This document shows, piece by piece, positions 47,280 through 55,842 of a stretch of DNA of 62,938 nt. The notes beneath the pieces were generated by a model, which saw only the letters and a program-made list of their open reading frames with translations, was not told where the DNA came from and did not search any database. Where the stretch lies: positions 1 to 62,938 of IMG/VR virus record IMGVR_UViG_3300050130_000093; one strand, written 5' to 3'. The DNA comes from a virus. Taxonomy: Duplodnaviria; Caudoviricetes. The number at the start of each line of letters is the position of its first letter. Within the stretch, counting starts at the first letter, position 1. Both the position numbers and the translations under genes were made by a program.

Positions 47280-49443
47280 TCAGCTCTCCGGGCTCGTTGT
47301 CACGGACAAGATCCTGCAGATGACGCGCCGACTGGCGCCGATACTCCTCGGCAGCCGCAAGGAACGCCGGATCGTCCGGACGTTTGCGTGTCTCACGCAG
47401 CCTGCGCACTTCGCCTGCGAGCTCGGCGAGAACACTCGCGAGCATGTCGTCTGACTGGCGGATCGCCCTGGCACCCGCCGCGCCCGCAGGATTCGCCTTC
47501 GCCGGGAAACCACCGCGCGTCGGCGGACCCGCCGGCGTCGGCGCAGGGCGCCCGGGAACAGCCGGCTGTGTCGGCTGACCAGTCAACGGCGACCCCGGAC
47601 CCGGCTGGCCGCCCCCGGGCGGAACAGCCCCAGGCAAACCAACGAGCACACCCATCGGATCGTCCTCCTGCGCCGGAACCTTCGACGGATCAAGCTTGGC
47701 CGCCTGACGGTTCGTCGCAATGATCAACGTGCGCCGCCCGGTCCCCTGCTTCGGCTTCTGCGCCGGCTCACCGGTGACCGGGTTCGACACGCCGTCCGGG
47801 TCGTCCTCCATCTCAACATCCTCAAACTCGCCGTCGATCAGCTTCTGCTCCGCGTCGAAGTCGTAGTTCGCGATCCCCATCACCACCGCCGCCCTACTCC
47901 CCGCCGTCCGCTTGCTCAAATACTGGTTGGCCTCCGCGAAGCTCAAGTTCTGCAACGTCTGGGTCGCGTCCTCCGTCGCGATCGGCGGGAACGTGATGTC
48001 GATCGTCGCATCCACAATCGACGCAGAATCCATCACCCGGTCGCCCATGTCACCGAGAACCTGGCCAATGAACGCCTGACGGTCCTGCAACCGTTTCGCC
48101 ACCGGCTCCGTCGCAACCAGCGCATTCGCCGCCGTTCCGCCACGGAAAATCTGGATCACATAGTCGACCGGCACCCCAGGCCCGGCGCACACCATGTTCG
48201 CAAGCTCAATGAACGTCGGATCGACGTTGCTCCCCGACGTCTGGCGTTCCGGCGCGACCGCCGACAGCGAAGACGCACCGGTATGCGCAAACACCGTCCC
48301 CGGCCTCGGCGGCTGACCGTTCGGGAACAGCAGGTTCCGCACCAGCGACACGTCGGCCGCGTTGCCCTCCACGACAAGATCCCACGCCACCCTGGCCTGC
48401 ATGTCCGCCATCGTCACCTTCGACGTCAGGTAGTGCCGCAACCGTTCGATCCAACTCAGCGACGGGTACAGGTCCGACCTGCCACGGCGCTCGCTCGAGC
48501 TGACATTCAGCCGGTAGTGGTCAACCGACTGCGGCAGGATCTGGCGGATCACAAACTTCGTTAGCTGACCGCTCTTCGTCGGCCCGTACGGCGACGGCGC
48601 CATCCCGGCAGGCAGCGACCCTTGCGGCGCGTAAAGCTGGTATGGCGTCTGGTACTGCTGGTGGTACGCGTACACCGTCTCGAAGTCTTCGGGGTCGGTG
48701 AGGATGTCGTAGATCGACGCCGGATCGAGCGAGCGGACCGTCAACTTCGCAGGCTGGTAGGGGAAGTAGCGCAGAAACAGCTCGCCCAGGATGCATGCGT
48801 CCCGGCAAATCTCGTCCAGCCGGCTGTCCATCCGGTTGCGCTTCCAAAACTCGTCCCACGCCTGCTGCGCCTGAACATGCGACTGGCCGTTCGTCTTCTT
48901 CCACGCCACCACCACACCCTTGCCGAGCACGAACTCCTGCTGCAACTGGACGGCCCGCCACGTCAACGGATCGTGGTTGTACGCCTCGAACGCCTTCGCG
49001 CTCATGGCGAAGTAGTCCTGCCAGTACAGCTGTCTCGTGACCGGCCCTGGCAGCAGCGGGATCCACTGCGGATTGCTGCCATACGCGCCGAGCTGGTCGT
49101 AGCCCAACGCGAAACCGTCGCCCCACGACTCACGCAGCCGCTTCGGAAACCGTGCGACACGCCTGTCGAGCGCCTCCCGTGAACGGAAAAACTGGCGTTT
49201 GCTTTCCCTGATTACCATCCGGCCGCCAGACTCCGCGGCCTTCACGAACACCAGATGCGCCTCGATCTGATCGCCGGGGCCCGGCAGCCGGTCCGGACAC
49301 TCACCGGGCCGCAAATCCAGGCTCCAGTCGCCCGGGAACAGCGGCGGCGCATCCACCCTGAACGCCGACGCATGCTGCTCATGCAGCTCACCAAGCGCCC
49401 GTGCCTGCTCCGCGTCGATATGCCCGTTGCCGTTTACGCCCAC
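47263..49443 (-). CDS. portal protein
   Basis: Follows terL; GE.F, RGRSDL motif; Pro-rich C-terminus. Confidence 0.85.
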   Translation of the reverse strand: MGVNGNGHIDAEQARALGELHEQHASAFRVDAPPLFPGDWSLDLRPGECPDRLPGPGDQIEAHLVFVKAAESGGRMVIRESKRQFFRSREALDRRVARFPKRLRESWGDGFALGYDQLGAYGSNPQWIPLLPGPVTRQLYWQDYFAMSAKAFEAYNHDPLTWRAVQLQQEFVLGKGVVVAWKKTNGQSHVQAQQAWDEFWKRNRMDSRLDEICRDACILGELFLRYFPYQPAKLTVRSLDPASIYDILTDPEDFETVYAYHQQYQTPYQLYAPQGSLPAGMAPSPYGPTKSGQLTKFVIRQILPQSVDHYRLNVSSSERRGRSDLYPSLSWIERLRHYLTSKVTMADMQARVAWDLVVEGNAADVSLVRNLLFPNGQPPRPGTVFAHTGASSLSAVAPERQTSGSNVDPTFIELANMVCAGPGVPVDYVIQIFRGGTAANALVATEPVAKRLQDRQAFIGQVLGDMGDRVMDSASIVDATIDITFPPIATEDATQTLQNLSFAEANQYLSKRTAGSRAAVVMGIANYDFDAEQKLIDGEFEDVEMEDDPDGVSNPVTGEPAQKPKQGTGRRTLIIATNRQAAKLDPSKVPAQEDDPMGVLVGLPGAVPPGGGQPGPGSPLTGQPTQPAVPGRPAPTPAGPPTRGGFPAKANPAGAAGARAIRQSDDMLASVLAELAGEVRRLRETRKRPDDPAFLAAAEEYRRQSARHLQDLVRDNEPGELNGADH

Positions 49444-50969
49444 GGAAGCACCACAGGCGCAACCGCAACCGCACCAACGCCACCCGTCGGCGGAAAGATG
49501 TTGATCAAGGCGTACCCAAGGCTGTCGAGGCTGTGATCATTGATCCCGTCCTTCTTGTAGGTGTCCTTCACGACGCCACCAACCGCGTAGCTGTCCCACT
49601 GCGCCTGCTCGAACGCCTGCGCAAGCCGCGGACACTCCGAACAGTTCACCAACAGCCGACGGTTCTCAAGCAGATACTGCATCTGGCCCACCCGGTCAGA
49701 CGGCCCGACGCGCGCGAACTTGCCGCGACGATCCACCGCCACCGGAATACCAACGTCCTCGAGGATCCGCACGTCAGGGATTGTCGTCTGCGGATCGCGC
49801 GCACCCCCCGCAGGATCAACGCCGCTGCGCACCAGCATCGTCGTCAACCCAAGCTCACCGTCGCGGCGCAGGATCTCCGCAGCAAACGTCGGCGTCGGCC
49901 GCTGCTCCAACACCAACTCCGAGAACACCACGACCACACCGCCGGGACGGACCTCCATCCAGTAGCAGACCGCCGTGTTGATCCCGAAGTCGATGCCGCG
50001 CCACACCGGGTCACGCTGCTCCGGATGGACGCCCTCCATCGTCGGCGACCGAATGTAGCCAATGTGATGCGTCGACCGGCTGAAGTAGTCCGCGAACGGC
50101 GAGTCGCCAGCCAGCTGAAACGCTTCGGCCGGCGTGCTCGGATACTCCTGGCGAAACGCCCGATCGTTGCCGAGCTCGCGGCGCTTCGCGTCATGCCACG
50201 CCGCGTCACGCTCCGGATGCGCGTCCCGCGGAAAGAACAACGGCACATACGGCGAATCGTTCGGGCCCTCCACATGGTCCGGCGACAGTTTCCCCTCACA
50301 CGCCTGCCACATCCGGTGGAACGTGTTGCCAAACCCGCGCGCCGTCGAAATCCCGAGCAGCTTGCCGCCCGGACCGATCGTCGGCGCAACCGCCGTCATC
50401 AGCGTCTCAATGTTCAGGATCTTCGAAATCTCCTGCACGATCACGAGCTGCGTCGTAAACCCAGTCCCCGCATCAGACGTCGACGGCAAGCTCATGATCC
50501 GCGACTTCATCCCAGGAAACTCAACGTTGTTCTTCGAGTCAGGCTTTGTCCGGTCCCGCCGCAGCTGCGGCGGCAGGCGGTCGTGCATCACCTTGATCCG
50601 CCGGATCTCCTCCTCAGCCTCCCGCTGGGTGTAGCTGAAGATCAGCACCGTCTGACCCGTATTGAACGTGCACAACCACAACGCATACACGTCCGCCAGC
50701 CAACTCAAACCAAGCTGCCGCGCCTTCAACACCAGCACCCGGTCGTACTTGTCGAACGCCCGCAACGCCTCAACCTGAAACGGCCACAACTGAAACCGGC
50801 GAGGCGGCCCGCCACGATCCGACTCGATCCAGCAGAACCGGCTACAAAACACAGCCGGATCCAACGCCGCCGCCTCCACAACCGCCCGCGGAACCGCACG
50901 ACCCGATTGAACGCCATCCGCCGACACCACGGCAGGCAGCCAGTCCGTCTGCGTTTGCATCGCGCTCAT
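49434..50969 (-). CDS. terL: terminase large subunit
   Basis: L.PFQ, VLKARQLGLSW, ISTA.G, RQEY, GIDFG, DH..D..GY. Confidence 0.93.
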   Translation of the reverse strand: MSAMQTQTDWLPAVVSADGVQSGRAVPRAVVEAAALDPAVFCSRFCWIESDRGGPPRRFQLWPFQVEALRAFDKYDRVLVLKARQLGLSWLADVYALWLCTFNTGQTVLIFSYTQREAEEEIRRIKVMHDRLPPQLRRDRTKPDSKNNVEFPGMKSRIMSLPSTSDAGTGFTTQLVIVQEISKILNIETLMTAVAPTIGPGGKLLGISTARGFGNTFHRMWQACEGKLSPDHVEGPNDSPYVPLFFPRDAHPERDAAWHDAKRRELGNDRAFRQEYPSTPAEAFQLAGDSPFADYFSRSTHHIGYIRSPTMEGVHPEQRDPVWRGIDFGINTAVCYWMEVRPGGVVVVFSELVLEQRPTPTFAAEILRRDGELGLTTMLVRSGVDPAGGARDPQTTIPDVRILEDVGIPVAVDRRGKFARVGPSDRVGQMQYLLENRRLLVNCSECPRLAQAFEQAQWDSYAVGGVVKDTYKKDGINDHSLDSLGYALINIFPPTGGVGAVAVAPVVLPWA

Positions 50970-51011
50970 CGGTCACATCCCTTCGTCGCACCTGCTAGGG
51001 TGCGCTACCTA

Positions 51012-51293
51012 ATGCGACAAGTCAACCTGCGTCTTGACGACGCACTCTACGAACAGATCGAAACCGCCCGAGGCGACGTGCCACGCAACAAGTGGCTCAC
51101 CCGAGCAGCCGAAGCGCAGGTCGCCATCGGATCCCGACTACACAAGGAGCTCAAACGCGATGACGACGGGCTTCTTGCGAAACGCCAGGAGGAGGAGACC
51201 GATGGAACCGAACGAGCGGTTGCTGACGTACATCAACGAAGCGCTAAACAACGGACCGTTCGTCCCCGCGGAGGAAGCCGAGAGGATCATTGA
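51012..51293 (+). CDS. ribbon-helix-helix DNA-binding protein
   Basis: MRQVNLRLDDALYEQIETARGDVPRNKWL. Confidence 0.7.
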   Translation: MRQVNLRLDDALYEQIETARGDVPRNKWLTRAAEAQVAIGSRLHKELKRDDDGLLAKRQEEETDGTERAVADVHQRSAKQRTVRPRGGSREDH

Positions 51294-51723
51294 CCGCTGG
51301 ACTACTGAAGATCCCGCGACCCTCCACGCTTGGTACAGGCAGCAGCGTGTCGCCTTCGTACGGCGAGCCCTGCAAGACGCGCTAGACAAATGCCGGCCGA
51401 CGGTCTGCAGCGGCAGCGCCAAGCGTAGGTTCATAGATGCCGCCGAGACGCCGGGACCTTCCGTACTGGTCCGCTGGCGGTGCAAGGTCGATGACGAAGG
51501 CACCCAGCTCTCGATCGGTGCAATGCACGCCAAAGACCACAACTTCGTGGCGGCGGCTCGCGGCGATCAGGCGCACGCACTGGCGATGGTCGCAGCCTTC
51601 CACCGGGCAGTCGCATCCAGAATCGCCAACAAACGCACCGACCAAGTCTTCGATGCCGAAACACTCTTGGCGCTCTACAAGAGCATCAACAGCAGCGAAC
51701 CGAAGGAACTACAAGCCGCCTGA
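51202..51723 (+). CDS. hypothetical protein co-oriented with the array and Cas7-like gene
   Basis: AGGAGGAGGAG RBS; its stop abuts the array. Confidence 0.75.
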   Translation: MEPNERLLTYINEALNNGPFVPAEEAERIIDRWTTEDPATLHAWYRQQRVAFVRRALQDALDKCRPTVCSGSAKRRFIDAAETPGPSVLVRWRCKVDDEGTQLSIGAMHAKDHNFVAAARGDQAHALAMVAAFHRAVASRIANKRTDQVFDAETLLALYKSINSSEPKELQAA

Positions 51724-51976
51724 CAACGCTACGCCGCACTCGCCATCGCTGCCCTCACGACAACGCCTCCCGCGCCTCGCCACCCCCGGCCTCGCGAAGC
51801 CACCCCGGCCCCCACGACTCCCCTCTCCGCGCCAAGCCAGCACAACCCCTACGACTCCCCTTCCCAACGCACGCCCCGCCCTCTCTTCTCGCCGCACACG
51901 ACCACGCTGCTCGCCGCGCCACAGCTCGACGACCGTACCGGACCAGCGCACCTCGGCCCAGTCCACACGACAACCC
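51720..51976. repeat. 5-nt-periodic array (NN + CNC/NCC), six units delimited by ACGAC-like markers; candidate guide RNA locus
   Basis: 40 of 41 in-phase pentamers end in C; markers at 51720, 51757, 51814, 51851, 51898, 51930, 51967. Confidence 0.85.
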
Positions 51977-51990
51977 GAAAGGACACGACG

Positions 51991-52713
51991 ATGCCCACCA
52001 GCGTCTTCGCCGCATACGAACAACAGCACTACCCCTACCGGTTCGCCGGCACGCTCCACCTCAACTCAATCGCTGGCGGCGTACCACGCGACCCCGCCGT
52101 CCTCGAAGGACACCTGAAGCGCAAGACCGCCGAACCGGATGACCTGATCCGACAGGAGATCGCAAACGTCATGGCCGAACGCGCCCTCCGGGGCGAAGCA
52201 GACGGCGACATTGCCGTCGCTATCGAAGACGCCATCGGAGAGGTTGCCGTCACGAAGGGCCTCGTCGGCTTCCGCACCGACCCGGAACACGGCCTCTGGA
52301 TCCGCAGCGCACAACTCAAAGCCTGTATTCGCGAAGCAGGAAGCATCGCCGCTGCCGCCGGCAAGATCAAGCAGGCCGGCTGGGGACTCAACTCCGCCCA
52401 GCGCGGACTCCTCAAATGGCTCGCCGAACACGTCTTCGTCGTCGACGACCGCCTCTACCTCGGCGTCACCGAACCCACCTACACCGAGCAGTCGTTCATC
52501 CACAAGATGACACCGAAGGGACCGACATCGGCGATCCAATACACCGAAGTCGTCGAAAACGCCAAACTCGACTTCACGGTCGAAACGGACTGGGAGTTCC
52601 CCGAAGCCGACTGGGCCGCGATCTGGCTGACCGCCGAACAGAACGGTCTCGGCGCGTCCCGAAAGATGGGCTACGGCACGTTCACAGTCACGAAATGGGA
52701 ACGTCTTGGCTGA
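51991..52713 (+). CDS. stand-alone Cas7/RAMP-family protein
   Basis: GAAAGGA RBS; LWIRSAQLKACIRE resembles the Cas7/Csm3 IPGSSLKG.IR motif; C-terminal Gly-rich loop GLGASRKMGYGTF. Confidence 0.8.
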   Translation: MPTSVFAAYEQQHYPYRFAGTLHLNSIAGGVPRDPAVLEGHLKRKTAEPDDLIRQEIANVMAERALRGEADGDIAVAIEDAIGEVAVTKGLVGFRTDPEHGLWIRSAQLKACIREAGSIAAAAGKIKQAGWGLNSAQRGLLKWLAEHVFVVDDRLYLGVTEPTYTEQSFIHKMTPKGPTSAIQYTEVVENAKLDFTVETDWEFPEADWAAIWLTAEQNGLGASRKMGYGTFTVTKWERLG

Positions 52714-52823
52714 CTGGCCCGTCGAACAACCCACCGAACCCTGCCGCGACTGCGGAATCAACCCCCGCATGCCAATGTGGCGCACATGCCTGACGTGCTG
52801 GAAGAAGAACAGGAGACAAGCCG

Positions 52824-53219
52824 ATGCGAACACCCCACCAGACCTACCAAGACCTCCGCCACGAACTCCACCAACTCCAACAACGCCGCTGGATCCGCCG
52901 CAACATGATGCAAACCGGCACCCATAACGACGGCACCCCAATCTACGGACCCCGACGCCCCCTCAGCCGCCGCGAACTACGCAAAGTCAAAAAAGCCGTC
53001 ATCGAAGACCTAAAACACCAGGCCCGCGCCACCCAAACCGAATACGCAATCCACCGCCGCAGCAACCCAGCAGCCCCCGAACACCCCCACGACTACTGCT
53101 ACCCCGGCCGACAAAACGCCATCGACCGAGCAAACCACCACAACAACAGCCCCCACTACGAAGGCACCGACTGGGAACCCATCCAACGCGCCCTCCCAGC
53201 CTGGCACCCCGTCAACTAA
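52824..53219 (+). CDS. hypothetical protein
   Basis: AGGAG RBS upstream. Confidence 0.55.
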   Translation: MRTPHQTYQDLRHELHQLQQRRWIRRNMMQTGTHNDGTPIYGPRRPLSRRELRKVKKAVIEDLKHQARATQTEYAIHRRSNPAAPEHPHDYCYPGRQNAIDRANHHNNSPHYEGTDWEPIQRALPAWHPVN

Positions 53220-53398
53220 CGAACACCCTTTTTTTTCTTCCCGAAAAAAACCCGGGAGAAGTCTGAGGGCCCGTGCCGCGGTTTTGCCGTCCGTGTGGGT
53301 TTGCCGGGAAGTAGCGCCGTCGGCCCTCCGCCCCGCGCCATCCCCGACTGTCCGAGCTGTGCAGCTGCCCCGCCGCGCGATCGTTCTTGGCAGTCGGC

Positions 53399-53710
53399 TT
53401 AGCTTCGACACCACGAGCACTTGCAGCCAGGCTGATGATGCTGCGCCGGCCGCGGAACCGCGCTCGCTGGTCTCACCGCTCCGGACGCACGGATCTCCTC
53501 GAGACTGGCCGGAGTCCTGGTAGCCGGACGGATAGCGGTCGATCGAGCCGGCGCAGGCTGTGAGCTCGTGACGGGCGCCGAGTGACCTAGCGCCCGCTCC
53601 ACCGCGGCAGTGATCCACGCGTTCCGAGTCAACTCGCCTCGAGCTGCGTCGACGCGCTGCAGCAGCACTAGATCGAGCCTGAACGTCACCTGAAGCTTGC
53701 TGGTCGCCAT
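53399..53710 (-). CDS. ribbon-helix-helix protein, paralog of 51012..51293
   Basis: QVTFRLD..L.RVDAARGELTRNAWI. Confidence 0.7.
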   Translation of the reverse strand: MATSKLQVTFRLDLVLLQRVDAARGELTRNAWITAAVERALGHSAPVTSSQPAPARSTAIRPATRTPASLEEIRASGAVRPASAVPRPAQHHQPGCKCSWCRS

Positions 53711-53718
53711 CACCCGCA

Positions 53719-53773
53719 AGTGATATCACCCGCGCCTAACAAAGTGGTATCACCACGACCGAGTGATATCACC
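53719..53773. promoter_or_regulatory. three palindromic operator-like boxes AGTG[AG]TATCACC
   Basis: Copies at 53719, 53743 and 53762, directly upstream of the RHH gene. Confidence 0.7.
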
Positions 53774-53785
53774 GCGTATATACGT

Positions 53786-54349
53786 CTACGCCGCTTCGCT
53801 GCCCTCCACAACCTCATCCGACCCCGCGGCCAGCAGCTTCGCCGCCATCTCAATCCTCAGCGCCGGCGGTATCTTCGCCGGCTCAACACCGCCAGTGACC
53901 TCCAGCCGATGATCGACAGCACCGAACATCTCAACCTGACGCTTGTTGCTCCAGCGATCCGGCGCACGATTCGTCAACACGAACTTGAGCGCATCAACAT
54001 CACCACGATCGATCGCCTGCTTATACAACGACGACTCGACCGCATCAACCAACGCACACTCAGCGTCAAAGCACGCCTGGCGAAACGCCCGATCACGCGC
54101 CTTCCACCGATAGAACGTCGTGGTCGTGATCCCTGCCGCATTGCACGCCGCGACGATCGAACACCGCTTCGACATCAGCAGCTCCACAGCCCGCGGCATC
54201 CACGACCGCCCAAACGCCACGACCTCACCATCGACCTCATAACCACCATAGTCACCCGCGGGCGAACCAACCACAAGCGACCCTGATCGCCCGTCATCGC
54301 CTTGTTCGTGGCCGACTGGTGTTGTGGTCGTTGTGTCTGTGGTGGCCAT
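53786..54349 (-). CDS. terS: terminase small subunit (start uncertain)
   Basis: ACNAAGI...TFYRW..D..F, VESSLY..A..GD..A.KF.L.NR..W. Confidence 0.8.
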   Translation of the reverse strand: MATTDTTTTTPVGHEQGDDGRSGSLVVGSPAGDYGGYEVDGEVVAFGRSWMPRAVELLMSKRCSIVAACNAAGITTTTFYRWKARDRAFRQACFDAECALVDAVESSLYKQAIDRGDVDALKFVLTNRAPDRWSNKRQVEMFGAVDHRLEVTGGVEPAKIPPALRIEMAAKLLAAGSDEVVEGSEAA

Positions 54350-54539
54350 CGTTTGTGGTCTCCGTGGCTGGGTTTGGTTCTGGGTGGTTCGGTGACGGTC
54401 GGTCTGGAACGACGAACGCCGCCCCTGCGGACGGCGTCGGATGTCGTTTGGCCTTGTGCTGCGGGCGATTCTGAAGAAAGGTCTAGCCGCTGCGTCAGAG
54501 GGTAGCACTTCGGAAAACGGAACGCCAGACGTGCCGCTG

Positions 54540-54767
54540 TTACGGATCCTGAACGGTTCGGCTGTCCTTGACGATTCCGTGGAGTCGTGCCCTAGACAAC
54601 CCTGTCGCGGTCGCCAACTGTTGATATGTGGCGCCTTGTTTGACGAGCTCCGCGAAATACGCGTTTCGAACGGTCCGTTTCGCTTCGTAGAGCGCGAACG
54701 CTTCGCGCTGATCGTCTTCGACGCGTTGCGCCTCGTCTAGCTGTTCTGGAGTGATCATCAGTCCCAC
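54540..54767 (-). CDS. HTH DNA-binding protein
   Basis: GATYQQLATATGLSRARLHGIV. Confidence 0.7.
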   Translation of the reverse strand: MGLMITPEQLDEAQRVEDDQREAFALYEAKRTVRNAYFAELVKQGATYQQLATATGLSRARLHGIVKDSRTVQDP

Positions 54768-54949
54768 CGCCTTACGATTGCCGCGTACTCGCGCTCAAGG
54801 ACACGGCGCGTGTCTAGGATCGCTCCGAGACTCGCGCCGGAAACGTCGAGCGTCGTTTCGAGGTGGCGCAGCTCGGCAAGTGCCCGGTCGATGTGGCCGG
54901 ACACCTCCATATCACGCCGATGGTCGCGGCTCATTTGGTCGTCTTCCAT
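54758..54949 (-). CDS. hypothetical protein
   Basis: AAAGGA RBS. Confidence 0.55.
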   Translation of the reverse strand: MEDDQMSRDHRRDMEVSGHIDRALAELRHLETTLDVSGASLGAILDTRRVLEREYAAIVRRWD

Positions 54950-54961
54950 GGTTCGTCCTTT

Positions 54962-55324
54962 CTAGTCGTTGGTTGCGCAATCCTCGAGCGACCGCAGAAA
55001 CGTGTCGGATGGTGGCGTGTAGCGGAACGGTCCGCCTGTCGAACGTGACCGTCCCTGCCGTGCTGCTTCGCGCTCAAGCGCCCGGTCGTCGATCGAGACC
55101 GCGGCGCCGGCAAGCTGGAGCGCGTGACGGATCCTCCTGCGCTTGTGATGCAGGAAGTGCGTCAACGCGAATCCGCCGGCGATGATGTCCGCCCACATTC
55201 CCAGACGGTCTAGCGGGATCCCTGCAGGTTTGACACTGTTCAGACCGGACGCTGCGCCGGCAGTCGCTAGAGCGATCGCTGAGGCTTCGACACGGCGCAG
55301 CACGTGGATCTTCGGCAACTTCAT
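54962..55324 (-). CDS. hypothetical membrane-associated protein
   Basis: ATGA coupling; hydrophobic stretches. Confidence 0.5.
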   Translation of the reverse strand: MKLPKIHVLRRVEASAIALATAGAASGLNSVKPAGIPLDRLGMWADIIAGGFALTHFLHHKRRRIRHALQLAGAAVSIDDRALEREAARQGRSRSTGGPFRYTPPSDTFLRSLEDCATND

Positions 55325-55803
55325 CGCGGCACCGCAACGCAATCCGCATCGGCGACGTAGTACGGATCGACGGCCGCTAGAAAGTCGCCATGCCAGCGGG
55401 CGCAGCATTCCGTGACGTACTCAAGCGACACGGGGCCGCCGATCTTCGCGAGTCCAGTGCGCATCGCGGGCGAAACGACTGCGAGCGTTGACCATTCGCA
55501 GTCTTCCTCACCGATCCACACTTCTACGGCGCCGGGTGCTTCGTCGACGCGTTGATAGCGCTCGCTCGTGATGATCCTGCGGCCGATCTTCGCTACGTAG
55601 CCTGTATGACCTGTGCGGCGTGCCGCTTCGATCGTTTCGGGCCGTAGTCCGAGCTCGTCGACGATCGCGACGCATCCGCCGTGACCTGGCGTGCTGAACC
55701 AGTAGATACCGGGTGCGATCTTCGTTTGCGACTGAACCGGGCTGCCCCAAAGATCGGCGGCCATCTGTCGCGCAAGCGCGCTAGGTGTCGTTCCGTTCGT
55801 CAT
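55321..55803 (-). CDS. hypothetical protein
   Basis: APGIYWFSTPGHGG...EEDCEW; first gene after the promoter. Confidence 0.65.
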   Translation of the reverse strand: MTNGTTPSALARQMAADLWGSPVQSQTKIAPGIYWFSTPGHGGCVAIVDELGLRPETIEAARRTGHTGYVAKIGRRIITSERYQRVDEAPGAVEVWIGEEDCEWSTLAVVSPAMRTGLAKIGGPVSLEYVTECCARWHGDFLAAVDPYYVADADCVAVPR

Positions 55804-55842
55804 TGTCTGTCCTTGGTTCGTTGGTTGAGACTGCATGCTGCA

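Noticed and set aside
49401-51011. Long antisense ORFs (this one, also 31933..33453, 18929..20329, 34756..35943)
   Set aside because: Shadow frames of high-GC genes; only the last 93 codons of 49401..51293 look real.
51720-51976. Canonical CRISPR array
   Set aside because: There is no 25-40 nt direct repeat; the only shared element is a 5-nt marker, and the units have internal period 5.
51709-52059. ORFs crossing the array (51709..52059-, 51755..52015-, 51437..52117+)
   Set aside because: Low-complexity translations overlapping real genes; period 5 argues against coding.
53225-53262. Intrinsic terminator
   Set aside because: The stem is imperfect and the T-run is on the wrong side for either strand.
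53786-53806. Partial similarity of array unit 1 to the terS 3' end (CTACGCCGC + TCGCTGCCCTC)
   Set aside because: Two short blocks needing a 7-nt gap; plausible by chance in GC-rich DNA.
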